NCBI GenBank assembly: GCA_951406725.2
Contig: OX597814.1
Coordinates: 156,860,001-156,924,000, forward strand
DNA from: Octopus vulgaris
Taxonomy: Eukaryota
Reading direction: 5' to 3'
Length of the DNA: 64,000 bases
Shown: positions 14,015-27,960 of the stretch, piece after piece
Layout of the letters: every line of letters starts with the position of its first letter
How positions within the stretch are numbered: position 1 is the first letter of the stretch
Position numbers and translations under genes: made by a program
Notes under the pieces: generated by a model
Told to the model about the DNA's origin: nothing
The model's database searches: none
The model's input: only the letters and a program-made list of their open reading frames with translations

Positions 14015-15270
14015 ACTTGTTATTTAGCTCCAAGTCAGGTTTAATCAAGCAAATATCAAAGGCATTTAAGTTATTACCATGCCATCTTTTTGTGTATCTA
14101 GGTAGGATTAAATCATTCATTGTCCTTCTATTGTTCAGACTGTCAAGAATGATTTAAAGGAAGTTTGATTGCTATTTCTATATTTCTAGCAGGTCAAACA
14201 ACTACACACTCTCATGCATTGTTTTTTTTAATAATTCTTACAGATTCAATTTTATAAATGTAATTAAGAAAGCATTTTATTTACTTATTTGAGTTACAAT
14301 CTCTAGAGGTGATTGTTATTGTTGTTGCTATGGTAACTACTGAAGAGCTACTGAAGCAAGCAGTGATGTTACTGCTATCATAGCAACTGTTATAGCTGAT
14401 ATCCTAGCGACTGTGGTAATGGTTGCCTTTGTATCTGTAGCAACTGTCCGTTGTTTGTTTATTGCTAGATCTCTCATTGAGCAGACCTGTGATCAAAGGC
14501 TTTCCAACCATGGCAATCCAATTTCTTTTATATCATATGGACTACATTGTCCAATATGTCTTTTTTTAAGATAGTCAGGTACCATTTAAGGGAGAAATTT
14601 GCCAGCTATTTCCAGCGGGTCAAGCAACCATACTGATGTTCCACTATAGACTCATTACAGTAGCAGTTTCTGTTAAAGTAGATGTTATTTTTTAGCCTTA
14701 GGTTTACAATGAACAAAGATATATAATTAAAGGCACTTATGCTAGCTTAGACAGTCCATTGAAATTTTTTTTTTACTTTTACAGACTGAATTGTGCAATG
14801 TGTCCCACACTTTTTTTAAACAGATATAATGTGGTGGCTACTTTTAGCAGTTATAGCAACCACATCAAGGCTTCCATGCTAACTTGTCATAGCTTTTACT
14901 GTAATTGCTATGGTAGGTATTACAGCATCTAAAACACAAACACAAACCAATGCCAAAGCCTCTATTCAGTCACCTGTCCTACTAGAAATAGCAACTAAGA
15001 ATTTTACATAAAATTCAACATTTTTGTATTAAAAAGGAAAGGAACTAATCAATAATAGAGTTCTAAACACAATGTCTGTAAGAAAAATAATTTCTGGCTT
15101 AGCCAGAACAGCTTTGGTCATAAATTCACCAAAAGCTGACCTGTGGTTAAACCACAACACACTAGAATGTCATAACATCAACCAACTCCACAATGAAGGA
15201 AACTGTATGGCTGTTTGATTTGCTAAAAATAGCAGTCAAATTTTCCTCGGAATCGCACACTATGGTTTTG
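14015..15270. repeat. Cluster of a decayed ~200-bp dispersed repeat (gatttggctgctatttctagcagg family)
   Basis: Several copies share gacctatgatcaaaggc...actacattatccaatgtgt...gatttggctgctatttctagc. Further clusters at ~3200-3600, 20200-20810, 21660-21840, 23180-23370, 24890-25280. Confidence 0.65.
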
Positions 15271-15800
15271 ACAAAAGGTGGACATCATCATCTTCATTGT
15301 TTAATGTTTGGCTTCCGTATTGACATGAATTGTATGGCTTGACAGGATCTGACAGGTTGGGGGATTGCATTGAGCTTTAATGCCTGCTTTGGCATAGTTT
15401 CTACTTCTGCTGGATTTCTCTCCTAATGCCAATCACTTTACAGAGTGTACCGGTTGCCTTTTTCAGGGCACTTGTACGAGTAAAGACCACATTGTAACGT
15501 GTAAGAATAAGAGCCTAAAATGTTCTTAAAACCAAGTGAAAACAGAAGAGAAAGTGTGCAATGATTCTAGGCTGGGAGATGAAGTAGGGACAAGTAAAAT
15601 GAGGGAGATGTGTTACATTATTTAGTCTTAGCTATACAAAAGCTTATGTATATAAACAACTTGCTTGGGAGCATTCCAATCTACAACATAAATTAATATA
15701 GTACTTGAGTAAATAAATGAGGTCCTATAGTGGCAGATTGAACTGATGATCAAATGAACTAGTTTCATCTTACATTTAAAACTCACCAGGGACCGCTTAC

Positions 15801-15903
15801 CTCTGCCTCCCAAACTGCTGAAGAAAACTAACAGAGCTGCTTAATAAAAATATGAAGATTGTGGTTGGCAAAAATCATTTAAATAATGGTGCATGGTTGA
15901 CAA
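15801..15903 (-). other. Candidate short exon of a minus-strand host gene
   Basis: Donor GAG|GTAAGC at 15801/15800 and alternative donor CTG|GTGAGT at 15787/15786. Candidate acceptors ttttcttcag (15818) and tttgtcttcag (15904). Lies in non-repetitive sequence. Confidence 0.3.
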
Positions 15904-16730
15904 CTGAAGACAAATGACTACAGAGAATGTACAGCACGGGTTACAAACAGCATGAATAAGAAGTCACATGTATATTTTTGATAAACATATATACAGTATT
16001 GCTATGAGAAACAGGTACAATAGTGAAATAAATCCTTTCTACTATAGGCATAAGACTGGAAACTTTGAGAGAGTTGGGCTCATAAATTACATAAATCCCA
16101 GTGCTTGTGTGGTACTCAAATTTATCGACCCTAAAAAGGATAAAAGACAAAATCAACCTCAGCTGAATTTGAACTTAGTATGTAAAGACGGATGAAACGT
16201 TACTAAACATTCCGTCTGGTATCCTAACAATTCTACTAGCTTACTACCCTATAATGGTCAAGTAAATATTAATATATTGAACATAAGTGGAGAATTAAAA
16301 AGCTTATTAGAAATATCCATAAGATCAACAAAAAACTATTTTAGTCAATGACAAATAGAACCTCTTCCCTTTATTGAGCACAAGAGGATAATTAGATTGG
16401 TAGAATTATTAGAGCATTGGACAAATATCTGATGATATTCCTCTAGCTCGTTACATTCTAAGATCAAATGTTGCTAAGGTCAACTTTGACATTCATCCCA
16501 CAGGGGTTGGCAAAATAAAGTGCTAGTCAAGAACTGGGATCAATGGATTCAACTATCTCTCCTTAAAACTGCTCACCTTGTGCCTAAATAAGAAACAATT
16601 ATTGAGAACAAGGAAGATAATTCCAAGCATATTTCAGTCTTATTCTTGATAAAGCCTAGTTGCGAAAGTAGGGAAGTAATCACATAGTAACTCTACAATA
16701 TTCTACATTAATCAATGGAGAAAATTGGTA

Positions 16731-17092
16731 TCATCATCATCATCATAGGTTAACGTCCATTTTCCGTGCTAGCACAGGTTGGATGGTTCGACCGGGGTCT
16801 GGGAAGCCAGGACGCTGCACCAGACGCCAGTCTGATCTGGCAGTGTTTCTACAGCTGGATGCCCTTCCTAACGCCAACCACTCTGTGAGTGTAGTGAGTG
16901 CTTTTTACGTGCCACCAGCACAGGTGCCAGGGGAGGCTGGCAGCAGCCACGATCGGTTGGTGCTTTTACGTGCCACCGGCACAGAAGCCGGTCAAGGCGG
17001 CGCTGGCATCGGCCACATTCGGATGGTGCTTTTTACGTGCCACCAGCACAGGTATCACAACTACAAGTTCCATTCGATATTTATTTTGATGT
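16731..17092 (-). mobile_element. RTE 3' UTR-only copy with ~60-bp repeat units
   Basis: Reverse complement of the module at 42110-42530; (ATG)n tail at ~16731-16746. Confidence 0.8.
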
Positions 17093-17391
17093 ATTACAGA
17101 CTAATTACTCAGAGGTGTCAGCTGCATGAAAAACACTAATTAAATCAGTGTGAACATATTTAAAGTGGGGAGTACACTTTGGTCTAAGAAGACCTCAGTG
17201 GAACAGATTTTGCAAAGAACCACTAAATAAATGTACCATATTGTATATATTGTTAACAAAGCAAAATAGAATTGTTTAAAGATTTAATATTTCAAAGACT
17301 CCATCCACCTGGAAAACAACTGGTAGGTTACTGTTAACTTATTTAAACATATGAAGTATTATTGCTCACATATGTTAACACTAAAATTTAC

Positions 17392-17587
17392 CTCTTGCTT
17401 TTCAGATGAATGCAGAAGGTGTCTTGAACTCTTTAATTTCTAATAGGAAACAATCTGACACAAATGTTACCATCAGCATCTATTAAAAGACAAACTCAAG
17501 TTAAAAATAGCCAGAAAATATGGATACCATTTTAGAAAATGCATTTATATTACAAAAATTCGGTTTTGAGGCTTTCAAGATAAATTG
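17392..17587 (-). other. Candidate non-coding (5' UTR) exon
   Basis: Acceptor aatttccag at 17588 and donor GAG|GTAAAT at 17392/17391, in non-repetitive DNA. The ATG-initiated frames I checked close within the exon. Confidence 0.2.
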
Positions 17588-19025
17588 CTGGAAATTGAAT
17601 ATTACAAGCTACTTATCACATAGCAGTAAAGGAAAATATATATGCTTGAACACACAAACACACATATATGATAGATATAGATTTATGTTTACATACACAC
17701 AAACACACCCATATCTATACACATACATAGATAACCACATATACACACTCATCTACATACACATATATACACATATTTATACACACACACATATTTATAC
17801 ACACACACACATATAAATACACATATTTATACACACACATATCCACAGGCCTATCTTTCAGCTTCATGTCTCTTTTTACTATACCATTCCATCACCATGT
17901 CACCTTCTGTCTAATTGGAGCCTTGCTCCAACCAGACATCTGACCTGTAGATTGTAGCAGACAGTCCCATAGCAACTCCTCTGCCAATAAGTCTTTACCT
18001 CCTTACCCTTCTTGTCATACATATCAACCAGCACTTCCTGGATCCTACATACTACTGAAGGATTTTTCAGCTTCCATACTTTCCTTTCTCTAATGATCTT
18101 ACTCTTACACTGAAGTCTCTGATCACAAGCCCAGAGTACACTGAGAGATACGTTCTTCACTGGGAAAGGACTTAGTATTTGCAATCAGTTTTGTATTCCA
18201 CTTCATGGTAAATATGAAGCTTTTATGGCTTGTGTGTTCACCTAATTAGCAAATGATGAGGTGACTGACCAGTTTCCTAAAGGAAGTGTTGCTGATGATA
18301 CACTCATGCTGGTACTATGTAAATGCACCCATTCCAGTGGCATGGAAAAAGCACCTAGTACACTTTGTAAAGTGGTTGGCATTAGGAAGGGCATCCAGCC
18401 GTAGAACCCATTCCACAACAAATAGTTGGAGTTTGGACAGCTCCTAGGCTGGCCAGCCCCATCAAACCATCCAACTCATGCCAGCATGGAAAACGGACAT
18501 TAAACAATGATGATGATGATGATCATGAGTGAGACACCTTCAGCAAGTCTTTTCTACTATATCCCCAGGTCAACCAAAACCTCATGAGTGGATTTGGTAA
18601 ATAGAAACTGAAAGAAGCCTGTTGTATACATATGTATGTGTGCATGTGTATTACTGTCTCCTTGTCTTGATTTTATGCAATAGTTGCAAATGAATGTCAT
18701 CATCATGCGAGTGGTATCCTTCATTTCCAATGCTTTGTGAAAACATGTCAAGTCATGGGGAATATTACCCTACTTGGAAATAGGTGAGAGTCAGTGAAAG
18801 GAAGGGCATCAAGCTGTACAAAAAATCCATTTCAGCAAATTCTATCTGACCCATGCAAGTATGGAAAAGTAAATGTTAAATGATGATGATATAGTCTGCA
18901 AGACAGCCTCATCGTAGAACTGATCCTTTTGCTCACTAGTTCCAATTGTGATGCATAAACAGAAATCCATGTTACAGTCAGGTTAACTATGACTAGCATC
19001 TGCTAAATTAATTGAATATTTGTTA

Positions 19026-19063
<38 letters not shown>

Positions 19064-19066
<3 letters not shown>

Positions 19067-19848
19067 GCGCAGGAGTGGCTGTGGTAAGTAGCTTGCTAAC
19101 CAACCACATGGTTCCGGGTTCAGTCCCACTGCGTGGCATCTTGGGCAAGTGTCTTCTGCTATGGCCCCGGGCTGACCAATGCCTTGTGAGTGGATTTGGT
19201 AGACGGAGACTGAAAGAAGCCTGTCGTATATATGTATATATATATATGTACTAGCAGTATCGCCCGGCGTTGCTCAGGTTGGTAAGGAAAATAACTATAA
19301 AGCATTTTAGAGAGTTATAGCCAAAAAATAGCAAAAAAATGGAAAAAAAATGATGGTAAATTTTTTTTGAGAGTTAAAAAAGGTGGAGTTGCGTCCCCTA
19401 GACGGTCTGTGGTTTGGGTTTCTGATTGTCGACCCCATGTCGAATTTATCGATTTTTTTCAGAACTGGGGGAACTTTTCAAAATTTTCGCTGCGTTAGAT
19501 TTGAATTATGACATTGGGCTATGTGTGTGTCAAGTTTCATCAGAATCGGTTGAAAGCCGTGGTCAGAGTGAGGGTATGAGAAAACAGACACACAGAAAAC
19601 GCACAGACAAACTGCCGTTTATATAGAGAGAGATGTGTGTGTATGTGTTTGTCCCCCTAGCATTGCTTGACAACCGATGCTGGTGTGTTTACGTCCCCGT
19701 CACTTAGCGGTTCATCAAAAGCAACCGATAGAATAAGTGCTGGGCTTACAAAGAATAAGTCCCGGGGGCAATTTGCTCAACTAAAGGCGGTGCTCCAGCA
19801 TGGCCGCAGTCAAATGACTGAAACAAGTAAAAGAGAGTAAAGAGAGAT
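19064..19848 (+). mobile_element. tRNA-derived SINE with internal TA/TG microsatellite, interrupted by a Helitron
   Basis: Head ggcgcaggagtggctgtggtaag...ggttcagtccc (A/B-box-like), cttgggcaagtgtcttct body, tail ccagcatggccgcagtcaaatgactgaaacaagtaaaagag. Partial copies at 18535, 23550, 27760, 35010, 62950. Confidence 0.8.
19251..19633 (-). mobile_element. Non-autonomous Helitron (383 bp)
   Basis: On the minus strand: 5' A|TCTCTCTCTATATAAACGGCAG ... hairpin CCTGAGCAACGCCGGG-CGATACTG-CTAG|T. Inserted between A and T with no TSD; same 3' end as the Helitrons at 50-57 kb. Confidence 0.85.
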
Positions 19849-19883
19849 ATATATATTTATGTATATCTGTATGAGTCAGTATG

Positions 19884-19925
<42 letters not shown>

Positions 19926-20944
19926 TTTGTGTGTAGACATAGAGAGCAGATGCTAGACAGTAAGAATAAAAAGACAGAAGATGCTACTGAAATTTTAGGA
20001 AACAGTTGCTGAAATAACATAGAAACATCTGTTTTAAGTTGATGTTCCTTGTTTAGCTTTCAAGAAAATGATTCCCTGATGATGATAACAGCAGCAGCAG
20101 CTACATCAATTGTTAGAATACTAGCAGAAATGCAAACTCTCTTTGAAGTTAATTATCAATGGCAATTGCTGTTTTCATCTTTTTGACGAGCTTGTTGCCA
20201 TTTAACTGCACGTCAACCTTCGCTGAGCAGACTTATAAACAAGATCAATCCAACCTTGACCACCCTGTCATTATTTTATTAGTATCTAGAATTACATTAT
20301 CTGATGTGTTATTTCCATCTTAAAAAGAACAGGGAGAAGTGTAGTGGCTTGAGGGACTTTGGCTGCCATCTCTAGCAGATTCAGCAACCACAGAGGTGAT
20401 CATGTGAATATTATAACTGCTCTTGTTTATGTTCTTTAGCCTTTGTTGTCAAGGATGTTGTTCTTTAGCTTCTACTGTCAAAGGCAGTCCATCCATGACC
20501 ATTCCATTTTATTTTTAAGAGGTACATTATCCAAGTGTCTTTCTCTTTATTTATTTTTTTGTGATTGTAGAGTATGATCTAGGAAAGATTTGACTATTGT
20601 TTCTAACAGTAAGTTGTAACCCTATGTTAGCCATAATTCATCAGACCTATGAACAAAGGCAGGCCAGTCAAAGTTATCGCTATTTTTTTTTTCAGATATA
20701 GTTTATCTAAGACCACATTATTTGATGTTTCTGTCCTTTACTAAGTTGAAAAAAGGATCTCATTTACGAGAGATTTAGCTGCTATATGTAGCAGGATGAG
20801 CTACCACTTAAATCAGTGGTTTTCAACCAGGATCCATATAAAATTTTATTATTAAAATTTATGCGCAATATTTTAATTTCTTTTATACAATTCTTAATAT
20901 GTAATTATAAAAATAAAGTAAGATTTTAATATATATATATATAC

Positions 20945-21552
20945 AAATTCGAAGTCGATCAACATCAATGGAAATTGATACCAGTGCCGGTGACAAGTAA
21001 GCGAACCATCCGATTCTGGCCATTGCCAGCGCCGCCCCGACTGGCCTCCGTGCCGGTGGCACGTAAAAAGCACCATCCGTTCGTGGCCGTTGCCAGCGCC
21101 GCCCCGACTGGCCTCCGTGCTGGTGGCACATAAAAGCACCATCCTTTCATGTCCGTTGCCAGCCACGCCTGGCCCCCGTGCCGGTGGCACATAAAAAGCA
21201 CCATCCATTCATGGCCATTGCCAGCACCGCCCCGACTGGCCTCCGTGCCGGTGGCACATAAAATCACCATCCGTTCGTGTCCGTTGCCAGCCTCGTCTAG
21301 CCCCCGTGCCGGTGGCACATAAAAGCACCATCCGTTCGTGGCCGTTTGCCAGCACCGTCTGGCACCTGTGCGGGTGGCACGTAAAAAGCACCCACTACAC
21401 TCGCGGAGTGGTTGGCGTTAGGAAGGGCATCCAGCCGTAGAAACACTGCCAGATCAGACTGGGCCTGGTGCAGCCTTCTGGCTTCACAGACCCCAGTTGA
21501 ACCGTCCAACCCATGCTAGCATGGAAAACGGACGCTAAATGATGATGATGAT
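20945..21552 (+). mobile_element. RTE 3' UTR-only copy with six ~60-67-bp tandem units
   Basis: Units gtgccggtggcac(g/a)taaaaagcaccatccgttcgtggccgttgccagc..., then the conserved terminal module and (ATG)n tail. Confidence 0.85.
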
Positions 21553-21904
21553 ATATACAGCAAATGGCTATGTATATCCTGTAGAGTAAAACAGGAATCA
21601 AAGGGGCCGATAAGCAAAAAAATGGTTGAAAGCCACTTGTCAAGAGCCCATTTGTATTGTTATTGTTTAGCCCCGGTCAGACTTTATCCAACAAATTTAT
21701 GATCAAAAGGTGCTCAAAATATAACAATTTTAAAGCATAGTATATCTAAGACATTATCTTTCATCCCTTCCTTTCTTTAAGATGTTAGAGGGATCTAATT
21801 AGAAGATTTGGCTGCTATTTTTACCATGTTATACAACAGCAAGAAGATTATCTTCTAGGTACTGCTTCACTGGTGGCATTATTCTTTGCACTAGCTGCTC
21901 ATAA

Positions 21905-22865
21905 TACAGCTATTAGGCAACGGACTATACAGCTATTATAGAGCAGTTTATATAACTTTCATCCAGTTATTATACAGCAGATTATAGAACTTTCATATAG
22001 GAATTATACAGCAGACTATAAAGCTATTGTACTGCAGAGCTATTATACAGTTATTATACATCAATAATTCAGATATTCTACGGCAGATTATGGTTATTAT
22101 ACAGCTGCTTCACAGCAGGTTTAACAGCTGTTATATATCTATTATACTATGCCACAGATTATACAGATTACTATAGCGTAGATTACGTAGCCTATGTACA
22201 GCTATTATATTGCAGATTAAACAGCTGTTATGCAGTTACTACACAACACATTATGCTGCTATTGCTACACAGCAAATTATTCAGCTACTACTCTGCAGAT
22301 TATCCGATAACTACTTGGCAGATTATCCAGTAACTACCCGGCAGATTATCCAGCAACTACCCGGCAGATTATCCAGCTACTACTCGGCAGATTATCCAGC
22401 TACTACTCGGCAGATTATCCAGCTACTACTCGGCAGATTATCCAGCTACTACTCGGCAGATTATCCAGCTACTACTCGGCAGATTATCCAGCAACTACTC
22501 GGCAGATTATCCAGCAACTACTCGGCAGATTATCCAGCAACTACACAGCAGATTATCCAGCAACTACACAGCAGATTATCCAGCAACTACACAGCAGATT
22601 ATCCAGCAACTACACAGCAGATTATTCAGCAACTACACAGATTATCCAGCTACTATACAACAGATTATCCAGCTACTATACAGCAGATTATCCAGCTATC
22701 ATACAGCAGATTATCCAGCTATCATACAGAAGATTATCCAGCTGTCATACAAAAGATTATCCAGCTACCACACAGAAGATTATCCAGCTGCTACACAGCA
22801 GATTATCCAGCTACTACACAATAGATTATCTAGAAACTTCACAGAAGATTATGCAGCTATCATCA
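21905..22865. repeat. 23-bp minisatellite (GCAGATTATCCAGCTACTACTCG) with decayed flanks
   Basis: Near-perfect units ~22290-22830, progressively degenerate on both sides. Explains the 204-aa ORF at 22210-22824. Confidence 0.92.
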
Positions 22866-23683
22866 AGCTAAACTAGATAGTACTAAGTGAATAATACAGG
22901 TCAGAGAATTGGTATTGGTAGAAATAATCATAGTGAAGTACAAATTGGATAAATTTGATTTTGAGTTTGCGAGCATATAAAAATAATGGGACCATAGATT
23001 CTATACTCCTGATGAAACAATTCCAAAATATCTGGTTGCCTAATACATGTTGATCTACAAAGTTCTTTAACACCATCCCATCTTCCATAAATTGATAAGG
23101 CATGAAAAATATATGAAGCACTGAGTATCTCAACAGATTGCTATGGCAATATATGAGGGAGCTAAATATTATTGCTTAGTCCCTTATCGATTCTGAGTGA
23201 GCAGACCAATGATTAAATGCATTTCAGTTGTGACCTTCTAGATGTATCAAGGACTATATTATCAAAAGTGTACTTTCCTTATTTAAGACAGTAGTGTGTG
23301 ATTTGAGATTTGGCAGCTATATACTAGCAGGACAAACAAAAATATAGATACTCCTTTGCTGGCTTGTTAAGAAAAAAATCCAATATTAGCACACAAGAAG
23401 ACTGTTTTCTTTCCCTAAAAACAAAGCCAAATATCCAATCAACAGAAACTAATTTTAGCAGTGATCTTTATGCACTTTCTGGTCAAGTAGAGCTATGATC
23501 AAAAAAGCATTCCAGCTAATGAGTTGCTTCTCCCCCACGCCCAGATAGGTGTGGCTTTGTGGTAAGAAACTTGCTTTTGGGTTAGGTACCACAGCATGGC
23601 ACCTTAGGCAAGTGTCTTTTACTATAGCCCAAGGTCAACCAAGGCCTTGAGTGGATTTGGTAGATGGAAGGTGAAAGAAGTCT

Positions 23684-23726
<43 letters not shown>

Positions 23727-23779
23727 TGTTCCATGGTGGTAAGATCAACAAAAAAGTACTCCATTTGGTGAGAGATAAA

Positions 23780-23928
23780 TATTATTTAATAAACAAACTA
23801 TTTCTTTATGAGCTACAAATAGTTTCATGCAAGGAAAACAACTCCAACAGCATCTGGTGTCAGGGTAATTTTCATCACATGAAACTATCGGTAGCTCCTA
23901 GAAAATATATATACTGTGTTTATTAAAT

Positions 23929-23932
<4 letters not shown>
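23780..23932. repeat. Imperfect inverted repeat between (TA)n tracts
   Basis: tattatttaataaaca..gagctac..atagtttcatg pairs with catgaaactat..gtagctc..tgtttattaaataata. Confidence 0.7.
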
Positions 23933-23977
<45 letters not shown>

Positions 23978-25763
23978 ATGACCATTTTCCCATGCTGGCA
24001 TGGGTTGGATGATTCAACAAGAGTCGGCAAGCCAGACGACAACACAAAGCTCTGTATAGTTTGCATTGGCATGGTTTCTACAGCTGGATGCCCTTCTTAT
24101 TACCAACCACTTTACAGAGTGTACAGGGTGATTTTTATGTGGCACCAGCACTGTCAGGGTCACCACGTAACTTGCAAGACAGACATTTGGACTAGGAGGG
24201 GGAGAAGTATTGAGAGAAGTGGCTTTGTGCCAGTTGATCAGAAGCATAATAGAACAAAGATAGGTATCTTGCTGTAGAGGAGATACATGGCTACCCAGTT
24301 GGTACACAAAGGTGTGAAAGAAAGGGGGAAAGTGAGAGAGAAAGATGGTGACCAACATCCCCATCGCTGTATATATATATATGTATGTGTGCATTTGTCT
24401 CCTTGGCTTGACATCATGTGATAGTTATGAGTGTCACCATCATGTACACAGTGTCTTTTGTTTCCAATCTCATAGGAAAACACGTGTTGTCATGGGAAAT
24501 ATTACCATACTTGGAAACAGGTGAGGGTTTGTAATAGGCCATAAAGAATGCACTGCAACAAATTCCATCAACCCATGCAAGCATAGAAAAGTAAACCATA
24601 AATATATATCATCATCATCATCATTTAGGATCCGTTTTCCATGTTGGCATGGGTTAGTTTGACTGGAACTGGTAAGCCAGAGAGCTGTACCAGACTTCAG
24701 TCGAGTTTGGCTTGGCTTCTATGGTTGGATGCTCTTCCTAATGCCAACCACTCCAAGAGTTGTAGTGGGTGCCTTTTACATGTCACTGGCAACACTAACT
24801 GGTACATCAAATGCACTGGAATAGCAGATGCACTTTGGAGTTATGAACTAAAAATCGGGAAGAAATTTTCACTGCATATTTTCAGGCTGTTGTTTAGTCT
24901 CAGATCAGCTCTGATCAAGCAAACAAATGATAACAGATGTTCAAACCATGAACATTCTATTCTGAGGTTCAATATCCAGGACCATAACATCCAACCTGCC
25001 TATCTTTCTTTTTGTATTTTTGATACTAGGGAGTGATTTTAAGGAAATTCAACTGTTGTTTCTAGCAGGTTGAACATGAGAGAGTAGATTGGAAGAATTT
25101 GTAAGATATCAGACAAAATGCCTTATCTGTCGTCAAAGGCATTCCAACTGCGACCAATTCATCTTTTTCTATATATCTAAAATTACACTATTTGATGTAT
25201 TCCTTTCTGTACGCAGCGATTTGAACAAGTTTTAGCTACTATTTCTAGCAGGTTCAGCAACCACATGGAAATTCCTACCTAGGTTAAATGTGATCAAGAT
25301 AATGGTGGTGGTACTTTAGAAGAGCTAGTCCACAATACACATAAAGACTAAAGTAGGAAAGAAGAGAAAGTAAAAGGAATACAAGGTGTGTTGAAAAGAA
25401 AAACAGAGGAGAGATGGACAGAAAGAAAAGAGGATACAAAGAAATTTGAGAAATTAGAATTCAAAGAGAGTAAGGATGAAATGTAGTAACTGGTTTATAT
25501 AATAAACTAGCGAAAATGAGCAAAGGGGACAGAGCAGAAGACAGTGCTATAACAGTCCTGTTTAGTATAGTGTATAGACTATATTAAAAATGTAATTCAT
25601 TTTAAGACAGTAGGGTGTGTGACATGATGAACATCTACTGCTATTTCTAGCAGCTCAAACAACCAATGATGAAGCTCACTTGTTAGTTGGAACAAAGAAA
25701 ATAATTGCTCTTGTTTATCCTCCAAGTCTGCCCTGGTCAAAGACACAGCTGTGTATGAGCAAA

Positions 25764-25903
25764 CTGGCGTGGTCCCAGGAATTTTTCGAAGAAAGGGCAC
25801 AAGGTTAAAAGGGAATACAATTCCAGGAGAAACGGGCAAAATAACATTATTTAGAAAGGTGCAATTTTTTCTTGAGGGGACACCCCTTTTAGGTCTGCCC
25901 CTG
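25764..25903. mobile_element. Short MITE-like insertion
   Basis: AGCAAA (or TGAGCAAA) duplicated at both sides. It interrupts a copy of the gatttggctg-family repeat. Right end GCCCCTG, left end degenerate. Confidence 0.4.
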
Positions 25904-27391
25904 AGCAAAGGTGTTCCACTTATGCTCATATCACTCTATTTTCATACATAGTATACCTAAAACTACATGTGTCATTCATATTTTAACACGATTTGGAAAT
26001 TTAGCTACTGTTTCTAGCTGCGAGTGAACACGCAGATCAGACATGGAAAATCTTTTACGAGAAGTGACATTAGACGTGGGTCATCATCAGGCGAACAACA
26101 TGACTAAAAAAATTCGAATTTTTCGTCAGGCGTGTCATTCATTGAGTCCAGCGGGCCGCAATATGTCCATCATTGACGTAGACGCTCCTTAAGAAAGCTA
26201 ATCTATAGTGGTGGGTGAGTATTTAGAAATGAATGAAGGGTGGTGAGGCATGAGAATCGGGAAGGTAAGAGGAAAGGAAATCAGAAAATGTCAGATAATA
26301 TAGAGATCTACGGGTGGGAGAAACAGGACAGGAGCAAATTGTTGTTTAGCATCAGGTTTGCTCTGAATAAACTCGTGATCAATGTTATTCCTTACATGAC
26401 CATCTTGTCTATTTTTGTTAAGACAATAGGATATATATGAGAGAATAAGGTTGTTATTTCTAGAATGACCAACAATTTAGAAGCCCCTTCGTTAAAAGAA
26501 AAACAGAGGGAGAATTCGAGATGGATGTATAAAATGAGATGCAATTGGACCGGAGTGGGATTAAAGAAAGGATTAATTGGAGTAAGTGGGGGGGGGAGAA
26601 AAGAAGGAAGGAAATACAGAGGGCAGAGAGGGAAAAGGAGAAGTGAACGAGAAAAAACCAATTAAGAAAGAATATTGGTAAAGAGAAGGAAAGAAAGAGA
26701 GAAACATCATTTATACATATAGTGCAAAGAGTGGTTAGAGGAAAGAGAAGGAAACAAAAAAATAAAATAAAGTGAAGAAGAGAGAGAAGTGAAAAGGTGA
26801 GAAAGAAAGAAAATAGAGGTAATTATTATCAGAGAATGTGTCAGGCTAACAAGAAAAATACAGTAAAGATGAATGTCAGAAAAGAATTGGTTAGGTTTCC
26901 ATAGACACACAACCAGCAACATATAAGACGTCCGCCTTCGTTTCACTACAAAGAGGACAGAGAGGGTATGAAAGAGTGAGAGAGGGTACGAGAGTATGAG
27001 AGAGAGAGAGAGAGAGAAGGGTGATGATGAGGAGGAGTAGAAAACCGATGACATCATCAGATATTTTGTACGAGAATAGTATGATGATGGTACAAGAGGT
27101 AGGTAGGTATAGTAATATTAGGGGAGTAAGTAGGGGAATACAGAGAAAAATTATTAGTGTCGCTGCGGGGTAAAACTGCGGGGGCTGATGGAGATATAAC
27201 GGACGAAAGATGATAAACTAGGAAAAGTTGACATACAGACAAGTAGGTGTTGTTTGTATGAGAATACAAGCTTAATACGGATACACATGCACACAACAGA
27301 TTCACCTGCTTAAACAGAAAATGGGATACCCGTCCACATGACTGAAGAAGCATCTAGTCAGTAACTTAAACATGCCGGTTCACGTGTACAT

Positions 27392-27392
<1 letters not shown>

Positions 27393-27487
<95 letters not shown>

Positions 27488-27960
27488 CATAATGTAAATA
27501 CGTGTGCGTGTGTATATATATATATATATATATACGTATATATACACACATACCTATATATATACATACACCTATATATACACACATACCTATATATATA
27601 CATACACCTATATATACATATACATACATCTGGATATCATGTTGCTTATTTTGATTTTACACATATATATACACATACATACCTAACCTATATATATATA
27701 TATACATACACACACATACATACCTAACCTATATATATATATACATACATATACACACATTCTTTTGCTTGCATCAGTCATTTGATTGTGGCCATGCTGC
27801 AGCACCGCCAGTAATATATATATATCACACATATATATATATGAACAAGCATATACATAAATATATATATATATATATATATATACATAAATATATATAT
27901 ACACACACACACATATATATGAATATACATACGCACACATGCATCCGTATGTATGTGTGC
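27393..27960. repeat. Compound (TG)n/(TA)n/(TACA)n microsatellite
   Basis: Directly visible. Confidence 0.95.

Noticed and set aside
17890-18184. Possible RTE EN-RT linker fragment (RKVWKLK)
   Set aside because: Too short and decayed to call without a search.
22210-22824. 204-aa repetitive ORF (SSYYSADYPATT)
   Set aside because: It is a translation of a 23-bp unit cycling through frames, and it starts at TTG.
22873-23133. 86-aa minus-strand ORF in non-repetitive DNA
   Set aside because: Non-ATG start, no recognisable domain and no convincing splice sites.
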